From Proteromonas lacertae (lineage: Eukaryota), in NCBI GenBank assembly GCA_002245135.1, contig NGBS01000584.1:248001-312000 (forward strand): DNA of 64,000 bases, written 5' to 3'. Below are positions 25,226 to 36,741 of this stretch, piece after piece. Position 1 is the stretch's first letter. Each line of letters starts with the position of its first letter. The translations under genes and the position numbers were made by a program. Under the pieces are notes generated by a model. The model searched no databases. It was not told the origin of the DNA and saw nothing but the letters and a program-made list of their open reading frames with translations.

Positions 25226-27285
25226 ATGAATTATTGGCTGATATTATTATTATTTAAATATAGTACAGAATCTTGGATTGAAGTGTATAATTCATCAACT
25301 GATCCCGTATTTGGTAAAGTTGACTATCCAAGTTTTGGTGTTACGTCCAACAATTTGTTTATTTATGGTGGTATTTCGGATAATTCATCTATTGATACAT
25401 CTAACGGAATCATTCTTAAGGAATTCAATGTGTCAGTTCACAAATATACCCCTGTTAGTTTAGAACTAGATAATACAATTCATAATAAATCATCATTTGC
25501 GTATGTTGAAGATTTAGAAGGTTTAAAATTCTATCATTTCGGTGGTTACGGTGATAATGGTTTAACTAACGAGCTCCAAGAAGTGAATTGTGATATAGAC
25601 AATAACAATTGTACTGTAAGTAAAATATCAAATGAAAACACTCCATCAAGTCGATATGGTTCAGTATTAGTATCTTACCAGAACAAATTATATCTATTTG
25701 GAGGTAAAACTGATGATACTGCTGGATGTGATAATGACATATATGAATATGATATAAATTCAAAAGAATGGGAAAAAATAGAAATATTAAATGATGGAGC
25801 AAAACCCTCCTGTCGTTATTATTCATCAGGAAGTGTATATGAAGATAGTAGTAGTAATGATAAAACTAAAGATTATTTATTAATATATGGTGGAATAAGT
25901 GTAAATAATGATAATGATTATTATTCAGATGTATGGAAGTTTTCACTTAATGACAAGAATTGGAAAGAGATTAAAATAACTGGTCCAAAGTTAAAAAGAG
26001 CATTTCATACGTGTAATTTCATAAAGGAACAATTTCTAGTACATGGTGGCTATAAGATAGGTGATAAAGTTAATACAATATCAGGTGATACTTTAGTATT
26101 AAGACCAAATGATAAAGAACCTGAATGGCAATTAGTATAATATTATTATTTGTTTATTATATAGGCTGATAAAATCAATTTACCTCGATATAAACATTCT
26201 ACTGTTGTTTTAGATAATAATTATATTATAGTAACTGGTGGTAAAAATGCGGATAATAAGAATGTAGAAGGATTATATATGTTGAATTGGGATTCTTCTA
26301 TCTCATTAAGTATATATATATATATTTTGTGTATATAGAAGTTCCACCATATGAAAATATACCAGAAATCAATCCACTAATGTATATTGCATTAATATTT
26401 CCAATAATAATATCAGTGATAATTCCATTAATATTATGTTTAGCATCTTATAGAGAAGGAATGATTATTACTAATGTATATTTATTTATTTATTTATTTA
26501 TTATTACATTAAAATAGTTTCAACAAACAATGGAAGGAATGGGAATAAGACCAGGAGTACCACAATCAGTCTTAGATAATTTAACAATAAGAAATTTCCA
26601 TAAAAATGAAGACTCTGAATATGACACATGTCCAATCTGTTTAGTAGAATTTAATGAAAATGAACAAGTCAAAGAATTACCATGCAAACATCTATTCCAT
26701 CCTCCTTGCGTTGATACTTGGTTGAATGTTAGTCAATTATGTCCAATGTGTAAATCATCAGTTTTAACTACACAACAAGAAGAAGAAAGAAGAGAACACT
26801 TACAAAATAATATTGAAGTAGAACAACAAAGAATATTTGAAATATTAGATAATGCTGATATTGATCCAAATGAAGTAGGTGTGAATAGAATACTTGAAAG
26901 AAATAATTATGTTCCACAAAATGCTAATGTTAATATCAATACTAATGCTGTAACTCCAGTAATGATGAGTGCAAATTCAGTGATAAATATAAATACATCT
27001 GGTGGTACAAGAAGATCACAAAATGATTATTCAAGATATAATGAATCTTATCCTACACCATTAATTGATAGTTTGAATAATAATAGCAGTAGTGTTGGTA
27101 ATAGCAATAGTCGAAGAGAATTTCAAAGACATTTAACTCCTTCTTCTCCTCCTCTTCCTCCTTTACATAGTACTGATAGTTTAAGATCTCATTCAAGATA
27201 TAGTGCTAATTCAAATGGCAACGAGAATGAGAATAAAGAAGAGAGGATTTTGAATGGTCCACCTAAAGATATGGAAGATATTTAA
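25226..27285 (+). CDS. Signal peptide - Kelch beta-propeller - TM - RING-H2 E3 ligase
   Basis: Hydrophobic N-terminus, six GG-containing Kelch repeats (FIYGG, YHFGG, YLFGG, LIYGG, LVHGG, IVTGG), TM YIALIFPIIISVIIPLILCL, RING-H2 CPICLVEF..LPCKHLFHPPCVDTWL..CPMC. Confidence 0.85.
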
Positions 27286-27455
27286 TACAATTGTTATTCT
27301 TCATATATATATTTTCTTATTATATTTAAAATGTGTGTTATTGATGTGGAAAAATCAGAAGAATTTTTAAATATTATGTAATTATTTTTGATTATTTCCA
27401 ATAAAAAATGAAAACAAGAAAAATGAAAATATATGTTATATATAAATAGAGATTT

Positions 27456-28567
27456 TTATTTTCCTGGTTCAGGAGCAACAGCATTACCAGCAATTCCATT
27501 GCTAGATCTTCTACTAATAGAGGAATTTGAACGATGAGCTTCCTTCTTCTTCTTTGTTTTCTTCTTTTGAATCAAATCCAATGTAATATCTTTCAATACA
27601 TCTCTAATATGTAAATCTCTACTTTTAACACTAGCCAATACTTCATTCAACTTTCTAGCATTTTCACTATATTTACTCATTAAATAATCTTTGAAATAAT
27701 TATTAGTCTGTAAGTTAACAATCAATGACTTTTGTGCTTTATCAAATACACAATTATCTGATTTCTTTAATCTTCTTTGAATATCTTCCAATACATTTGG
27801 TGGAACACTAATTGAAAATGCACCAAAACTAATGAAAGTTTCATAAATCCAATCTTCATAATCTATTTTTTCATTACTTGGAGGATCTTGTTTAAATAGT
27901 GAAATATGAATATAACAATCTACAAAATGTTCCATTTGTGCTTGTTTTAGAAATTCTCTAAAATAAACTCTAGATATTGGCTTTGTTAATATTTGTTCTA
28001 AGTTCTTTACATCACTATTAAATTCATTAATTTTCTTTATTCTTCTTTTTCTTTCTCTAAATAAATAAATGAACAATGGAATAGATGATGGATATAAGAG
28101 AAGTATCTTTAAAATACCTAAAGCAACATAGAAATTAATATCAGTAGAATGTGTTAAATCCAATAACCAACTGCATAATATAATAACAAACATTTGTTGA
28201 ATTCTATTTTTATATTATTAAATAAATAAATATATATATACAGAACAATCAATAACATTATTTTAAATTGATCTTCTTTGATTCTAAACATTGAAATAAC
28301 ATATTTAATAGCAATTCCAACTAATATTAATTGAAATACACCAACCAAATGTCGATAAGTACCAATTTTACATTCAGTAAATATCTCCCTATCAGTTTCA
28401 CTATGTTCAACAATAATAGTTTGAACATCTTCAGGAAATATAAAGCCAAATGCGACATAAAATACTAATACAGCAGCTAATATTAAACACAATCTTCTCA
28501 TCATTGTATCGTTAGTGATAAATATCTTTCTACTTATATTTATACGTAATTCACATACACATAATGT

Positions 28568-28604
<37 letters not shown>

Positions 28605-30815
28605 AATAATAAACATAAATATATATATACATCAAAGAACCTGAACTACAAAAAGCAAATAATGCAATTCGACCAAAACATATATATTTCTCAGCTTCAA
28701 TTGCATAAAAGAATAGATTCATCATAGCTGTAATTCCAAATAAAGGTAATAAAAACAACATACCTGGAACTTCTGCAATAATTACACTCTTATTATGTGC
28801 TTGTAAAAATGCATCCAAACCTCCCAAACCAAAGAATAAGACTAGAAATATGCCTAATAACACATAAAATGTGGTTGATCCTACTTTATAAGATGATTCT
28901 ATTTTTTATACTAAAATTAAAGAAACTCTATTTCAATATAAATATATTGTGTAAAAAAATGATATTTTTGGTGTCCAGTAAAACACAGCTGGATATACAC
29001 TATCACATTGACAACTCCAATCTCTTTCACTATCACAATCACCTTTTTCATTACAAATTGAAGTTGTAGAAGGTCCAATAATTCTACTTGATAAATCTTT
29101 AGTATCAGAATCATTGTATATTTGAATAATCAATACATCACCATCAGAATTCAATCCATAATCATTAAAATGAATCTTTCCATAGAAAGTACTCCATTCT
29201 AAACAACTAATACCAGCACCACAATCTTCTTCTGAATTACACAACTGTCCAGTCCAACTTGCACTACCAGTACCAGAGGAATATCCACATTGGCCAAATC
29301 CATTAAATACTGTTAGTAATTTACCAAATGATTCTTCAGTGTATGGATTCATTGGATCATATCGATCATCACCATCTTGACCCATATAAGAGAGTTCAAT
29401 ACCTCTTTGAATAGTTATACCTGCAGCACTTCTATATAATAATAATATATATATATATATATATACCCTAATCCAGTATATTCAATATCAATCAATGTTT
29501 CAGCTCCAGCTGTACTAATATCTTCAAAACAATACTTCTTTATTTTGGATGGTATATATTCCAAATATTCAGCGTTACTACCCATATAAGTACCATCAGA
29601 TGTTCCTTGAGTCAAATACTTTGTATAAAATGTTAAGAATGTCCAATGAATGGATGGTAGTTTATTATATGCATTTAATCCGCTGATTGTAGCAACCATC
29701 ATTCCTTTCACATCCCATTTAATCTCCTCAGCAATCTCAATTATTGTAGGCACAGCTTCTAATTCAGTGAAGATGACTACATCTGGATTTAACTCTTTAA
29801 TTTTCCTCATCCACTTTCTCAATTCAGCTACTAAGTTAGCACCAAAAGCAGCTGTTTCTTCATGCTGTGCAAATGTGCATGTATAATTACCAGGACAATC
29901 AGAATTACTATTACAAGAGGGAGCATCTACATCATATGGATTATTACTACATCTTTTCATAATATTCTTACAGTTTCTCACTTTATTTGAATCTTCATCA
30001 CTTATTAATGATTCTATAGCATTAAATGCATTATATCCTAAATAATAGCCAAATCCTTTACTAGCTGATAATACTGCATATGTTTTAGCATCGTTTCTTT
30101 CTGAGAAGAACTCTATTGCTGTTTTTCTTATGGCATCTGGACCTTCATCTTGTAATGCATATAAAAATGAGTTTCTTTCGTTTAATAATGTTGAATCACC
30201 ATTTAAGACTATGACTGGTATATCACATCCATGTTTTCTTTCTTCTTCCTCTTCAACAGTACTTTTCATTCCATCTCTTAATTGTGAAGTATAGTCTACA
30301 CTAAATGGTGCAACTATGAAATGAGGTTTTTGAGATTCATCTCTATTACATACTTCAACTCCCTTTTCATACATTTTTGAAGATTTAAAATCTGTTGAAC
30401 CTCCATATGCCCAATCAATCACTTTTACTGCAACCAACATGCTATTTAGAGATATTAGTGATTATATAGTAATATTATACCTCTTTTCACAAGTTGTATT
30501 ACTAGAACTGGATGTCAAACATATTCCACCTTTTTCATTGATCCAGTCTCTCCAGGCAAGCACTCCTGCAGCAGTTCTTGAACCTAATAATAAAAGAATA
30601 GAGTAATGTCTTCTATACCGAATAACACATCATCACCCTTTAATTCTGCATATACTTCAACTCTTATTTTATTAGGTGGATATATATTGTCTTTTACCTC
30701 ATAATCAGAGTCTGGATGATAAAATGTGGAACACAACGACTATAATAATGTAAAAAGAACTATATACATTATTAAAACTCAATATTAATATTAAAATTAT
30801 ATATCCTATTAACAT
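27456..30815 (-). CDS. Receptor: signal peptide - LivJ-like periplasmic binding (Venus flytrap) domain - multi-TM (7TM-like) - RGS domain
   Basis: MLIGYIILILILSFNN|SLC; GSRTAAGVLAWRDWINEKGGI; FIVAPFS; IKELNPDVVI; GKIHFNDYG; about seven hydrophobic segments; RGS ILTKPISRVYFREFLKQAQMEHFVDCY..IYETFISFGAFSISVP..FDKAQ. Confidence 0.75.
28906..28965 (-). other. Putative U12-like AT-AA intron (60 nt)
   Basis: 5' end ATATCATTT; TTCTTTAAT 10 nt before the 3' end. Removing it restores WTPK|KIESSYKVG. I found no GT-AG solution. Confidence 0.55.
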
Positions 30816-30886
30816 AACTTCTTAAAAACGTAAAACGTCTATTCAACCAAAAAAACTTGATTATAGGTTTGATCATTTTAATTTTC

Positions 30887-32321
30887 ATGAATAAAATTGT
30901 AATTGGCTTATGTGGTGCTGGAGCAGTTGGAGGAGGTATAAAACCTGATTTATAATGCATTTAGGTGTTTGTGAGATTCTAAATAGATGTAATTATAAAA
31001 TACAAGGTTTAGAAGTTGTTATTAAGATAGTATTTTTACAATTTTGTGAATATTTATTGCATAGATGTGCATGAGAGATATAAAACGTGAGAGAGATTTC
31101 ACAATTCCACCAAAATGCAAATTAACCACTGATTATAATGGTATGCAAAATGATATTTCATTATTTATTAGAAATTTTGAATGATTCTGAAATAAATATG
31201 GTTGTTGAATTGATAGGTGGTGTTACAACAGCAAAAGATATTGTATTTGGAGCTTTAAATAAAGGTAAAAATGTAGTTACGTATAAATATATATAATACA
31301 ATGTTTAGAGGCAATAAAGCATTAATATCAAAATATTTATCAGAAATTGAAGAAATACTAAACAAAAACCCAAAATTGCATTTTGGATATGAAGCAAGTG
31401 TATGTGGTGGAATTCCAATTATCCAATCACTTAGAAATGATTACGTTGGAGATAGAATTACAAATGTGATGGGAATTATAAATGGTAGTACTAATTACAT
31501 ATTATCAAAGATGCAGTTAGAGAATTTAGATTTTGATAGTGTGTTAAAAACAGCTAAAGAGCTAGGATATGTAGAGGCAGATCCTTCTGCAGATATAGAA
31601 GGGTATGATGCAAGATCAAAGTTAATAATATTAACAAGATTATGCTATGGTAAACAAGTAAAAGAAAATGAAGTTTATACTAAAGGCATTAGTCAGATTA
31701 ATGAGATTGATATTAATGAGTCAAAGTCAATGAATTGCAGTATTAAATTATTGGCATACAGTTCATTGAATAAAGAGAGAAATGAAGTTAATATGTTCGT
31801 TTCACCTGTATATAGATTAATACTCACTATAAATCATATAGGCATTAGTTCCTTTATCAAATCAAGTAGCAACAATAAATGGAGCTGGTAATATTGTTCA
31901 AATAACATCAGATAATTTGTCTAATGAGATTTACATTGGCAAAGGTGCTGGAAGATTTCCTACTGCCAATAGTGTTGTAAATGATATAGTTAGAACTTAT
32001 ACTTCAACACTTCCTGCTTTTCCTGAATTATCTAGTTCATTAGGTTTTAGTGGAGATTTTGAAATATCATGGTATATAAGACAAAAAATAAAGAAAGAAT
32101 TAGCTGAGCAAATAACTATAAAGATTGCTGCTGAAGATATAGAAGTAAATTCTCTGAATTTAAAGTATATTATAATTAATCTAATTTTTATAAATTATAG
32201 AAGTGATGGAACATTAGTTCTATTAACAGGACCATGTAAAAGGAGTAAAATCGAGAACATGCTCTCAAGTGTGTTTAGTGGCTTGGATCCTTTCTATATG
32301 CCTTACGTTAATTCTAATTAA
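30887..32321 (+). CDS. Monofunctional homoserine dehydrogenase
   Basis: IGLCGAGAVGGG, VVELIGG, VVTGNKAL, YEASVCGGIP, GIINGSTNYIL, GYVEADPSADIEGYDA, GKGAGRFPTANSVVNDI. Confidence 0.93.
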
Positions 32322-32413
32322 AGTTTATGACTCGTCTGGTTGTAATGGTTTATTTCTAATTTACGCAAAAACCAAAATAAATAATTCCGTTTCACATTTC
32401 TTTCATTCAAATA

Positions 32414-35400
32414 ATGAAGTATTATGTTCTGTTCATATTGATTATAATATCTGCATGGTATTAATTTGTGTTTATTTTATTTGAATAGTACTGATTTTTG
32501 CTCAAAGTCAATTATAGTGAGAGATATAGCTTTACCTGTTCCTCTTAAGAGACAATATTTAAAGGATGTGGAAAATATTATTCATGCTACTGAAAGGCTG
32601 ATATGGGATATGAATTCAACAGATCTGGAGTTGACTTGGAAGAAGTGTTCTGATCATCCAGATAATCCAAATGATTATACATCATATGTGGATGATATGA
32701 CTATTAGTATGATGCATTTAAAAGGGGAAACAGATTTGAATGTAATTGGATATGAAGTATTAGAAGATGATTCAGAAGTTGATGGTATTATAAATAGTGC
32801 AGAATATATGTATAACTATAACTATTATTGTTTTCTATTAGTTTCAAAATGCTTTTAGATTCAATCTCATTTTCAGTGTCTTCAAGAATAATATTAGGTA
32901 CGAAAAACATATTAAAGTTAGAAATGTATAAATCAGGTGTTAAAACATCTGATATCTGTAAAATATCAAAAAATATTTGGGATAATGAATTTGATTATTT
33001 AAAACCATATATTCCAACAGATCCAAATATTATATCTAAGCCACAATGGATTAAACCAAGATATGATAAACTAGTAGATACAATAGCAAGGGATTATGTT
33101 CATCCAGTATATGAAAATGGAAAATATTATGGGTTATTTGTGTTGACTATAAATTATGAAGAAATGTTTAGAGATATTACTGTGGCACATGATATAAGTG
33201 AAGCTCATCATTTTGTAGTTGGTGCTACAGATGCTACATTAATCGCAGCATCTAAATATATGATTCAATTATTATTTAATACTGATAATACTGTAGTAGA
33301 ACAATATCAGACTATTAATAATTCATTAGCCAATTCAACAACAGGTTTTGAGAATGCAATTAAAGTATTTTTAGAAGATGAAAAGATGGAAACTGAATTA
33401 GACTGTAATGTAGATAATCAGAGATATTATATAACTGGAATATTAGAACTCGAATATGATTTTGCTATGATTACTGTTATTCCTACATCTAATCTATATG
33501 GTGCAAAATGGAGGTCTTATCCTGAGACTATCATGTTTCATTACTCTGATATTAATAGTAAGCCAAAGTCTGAAGTTACTATATGCAATGAAGGTAAATA
33601 TACAGCTACATTCTCATTAGCTACTAATTTTGAGTTAAATGTTACTAAGTTTATTGGTATAGAAATATTGCCACATCAAAATAAAACAATAACATTAGAG
33701 TTAGATATCAATAGTGTAAAATATATGTATGGATTATACTTATTAATTCAACCAAATGGAACTAATAGTGAATGTTATAGTACAATAGTCTCTGGTATTA
33801 GTATAATGGATAATAGTTGTACTGTAAATGATTTAACCTACGAATTAGAAGAATGTGATGGTACAAATCAGTATTTAAACTTTAAATGGGATGAGAATTC
33901 TACATGTGAAGGAGGTATAGAACTACCAAAGAGATTGAAAATAACTTGTCAATGGATGGATCATGATATAGGATTTAAAACATTTACCATTATTATAGAA
34001 GTCATATATATAGTAGTTGTACTGTTTATTGTTGTAAATACTTTTCGTCATTATACTCAATTGAGAGGTATTATTACTCCAATATTTCTTTATACATATA
34101 TTGTTGGATTGTTATTGAGACAGATTGCTTTAATATTTTTAGCATATACTGATCTAAATCATAGAAATTGTAGTAGTTTTCAAATATTAAATTCACTTGG
34201 AACTGTGGCAATGTGTTGTTCAATTACTGTCACTCTTCGACAAGGCTATATTAAATATATCAAGAAACATATTATTAGAATACATGAATATTATTATCTT
34301 GTATTACATTTATTGCCATTTCTTGTATTAATAATAATGTATGTATATATTAATCAGTTATATTATTTATTTAGTGTTTTATCAACTACAACTCCATTTT
34401 ATGATTTATGGACTGTTCAACAGGATTATGGTTTAGAAGTTTCTATTGAAACATGTCAAAGTAGTGATATTATAAAAGATTTCTTTCTGGATTTCCCAAT
34501 TGTATTTATTATTATATTTATTCATATATAATGTAAATAGTATTTATTAATCCTTATAAATCTATTCTATGGATTGTTGTTACTCATAAATAGAAAAGGA
34601 TTAGGCATTACTATTGTGCAATTTAGTCGTGGTGCAAATTGTGTGACTGTGTGTTTATTAGCTCATCCTTTATTGAAATATTTAACTCAGAATGGTTATC
34701 CAGATATGACATCTATTGGATATTGTTTTGCTGTTGAATTGTTGATTTTAACTGTTTATCAATTATGGTTTATTCCAGTCAGACAGTGGATATGTTGTAA
34801 AAATAGTGATATATCACCTGAATATAAGATATTATTTATGCAATTATTGAATGATCCAATCAGTAGACATTATTTGAAAGAACATATGAAAACATTAAGA
34901 CAAGAAGAAAAGTATAAATAATTATATATAATATTTAATTAGTATAATATTTTGGGAAGCTGTAAATGAAGTTCAAATTAATGATGTTGAAGAACCTCAC
35001 CTTACAATGTGTGTGAAACATATTTATGAAAGATTCATCAGTGAAAAAGGAGATTTAGAAATCAATATAAATGATAAAATGAAGAAGAAAATAACTGATG
35101 AAATAGGGAAAGGTAATACTAATTTATCAATCTATGATGAGGCTATGAAAGAAATAGAACAATTGATATATGTAAATGCATATCATACTTTTAGTACATC
35201 CTCAGATAGTGAATCTGCAAGTACATTATTGAATTGGTATTCAAATTTTGAAACTGTTCCAGACACATTACAATCTGCTATTTATAGAAAGATAATTCAT
35301 GATAAACCATTTTTATCACCATTTTGCTATTATATCTTTTTTATTATATTTATAATTATTATTATATTCTTTAATTCTTTTTTACTTATTGATGGATTTG

Positions 35401-35735
35401 AAAAGTGTCCAGATTGGAGAACATCAAGTGGTTTTAGTTCAATTTTATCTCCATTCCATGCAACTACCAACCAAACAGCAAAATCATCAACTGTTTTTAA
35501 ATTTGTACCATCTAATGCAAGTTCAAGAACACCATCTGTTATAAGATCACCACCACTTTCTATGGAAGAACATTTGAATAGAACTGCTAAATCTGTTGCT
35601 TGTGTTTCTTCTACAACAGCATCACTTGCATTTGGTAATAATAAATCCAAATCACATTGTGATAAAGGATCTGTACACATTCTTCCTATCAAAGTTTCAT
35701 CCCCAGGTTTGTTAAACATAAAGGAAACAACTTAA
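32414..35735 (+). CDS. Receptor: signal peptide - Cache-like domain - Ig-like domain - Cys-rich linker - 7TM (class C-like) - RGS domain
   Basis: PQWIKPRYD..YVHPVYENGKYYGLFVLTI..HFVVG..LIA (Cache-like); VTICNEGK..ILPHQNKTITL (Ig-like); C..DLTYELEEC..FKW..CEGGIELP..C; about seven TMs; RGS LLNDPISRHYLKEHMKTLRQEENIIFWEAV..IYERFISEKGDLEINI. Confidence 0.78.
35332..35385 (+). other. Putative U12-type AT-AC intron (54 nt)
   Basis: ATATCTTTT...TTCTTTAAT + 10 nt ending in AC. Intron-like A/T composition inside coding DNA; removal keeps the frame (CYF|IDG). Confidence 0.7.
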
Positions 35736-35897
35736 GATAAGGACTAATTTTTTTTTCTTCGATTAGCTAAGTGAAAATTTTATCGTTATATATATTCAAT
35801 TTTTTGCTTTATTTTAACCTTAAAAAAAGATATAATAAAAAACTAGATTTAGAATAAAATGTGAAAGATGTTTAATTAATCTATCCTCTAATGTTAT

Positions 35898-36647
35898 TTA
35901 AAATATTGTACATCCTCCTCCAGATTCTTTGGTTTTCTTTTCACTCACCTTCTCTTCTTCCTCACTTTGATGAATAATAATTGGAGCAGGTACAACTGAT
36001 TTTACTGCATTTATATCATCAGTTGTTAGATCTACTTTACTCAAACCAGCAGCAATTTCAAAGAACGTTCTATCCACATTATCACCTGTTTTAGCTGAGA
36101 CAAAATAGCTTCCAAAGTCATTCTCTTCAACAAATTGGTTATGTTTGTCTTTTGACACTGCAGACATATGGTTTAAATCTACTTTATTACCTACTACACA
36201 GATTAAAGGTAATTCTTCATTTTTGTATGTTTGTTTAATTAATCTCAACCAATCTTCAAGATCTTGGAAACTGTCATAATTTGTTACATCATAACATAAC
36301 AATATTGCTGCAGAACCGTGAATGTAATTAGACAACATTTTTGATCCAATTGACTGTCCGCCAATGTCCCACAACTGTAATGCTACTTCAACATTCTTTG
36401 GTAATGTAATTCTCTTCAAAAAGAAATCTAAGCCTATTGTTTGTTTATAGATTTTATTAAAATGATCTTGAGTAAATCTAACTGCTATTGATGTTTTTCC
36501 TACAGAACCATCTCCTAATAGCAAAATCTAAGAGTATTTACAAATTTGAGATTGTATACTTTAAATTGTTTTTGATTTAATTCACTTTCATTATCAGAAT
36601 CTCTAATACAAAATATAATGCTAATTATACGAGTGTTTGCTTTCCAT
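35898..36647 (-). CDS. RAB28: Rab28 small GTPase
   Basis: Spliced MESKHSDSDNESELNQKQFKILLLGDGSVGKT; YKQTIGLDFF; WDIGGQSIGSKMLSNYI; GNKVD; SAKTG; CaaX-type CTIF end. Confidence 0.88.
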
Positions 36648-36741
36648 TTTTTAAAATGTAATTATTTACTAGTTTTGTGTAATTTACACTATAATTTACA
36701 TTTTCAAAACTCATTAAAACAACAACATATATATTATTATG

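Noticed and set aside
30740..30769. Apparent in-frame TAG in a signal peptide (MYIVLFTLL*SLC)
   Set aside because: It is a 28-nt GT-AG intron; the upstream ATG at 30815 gives a clean signal peptide.
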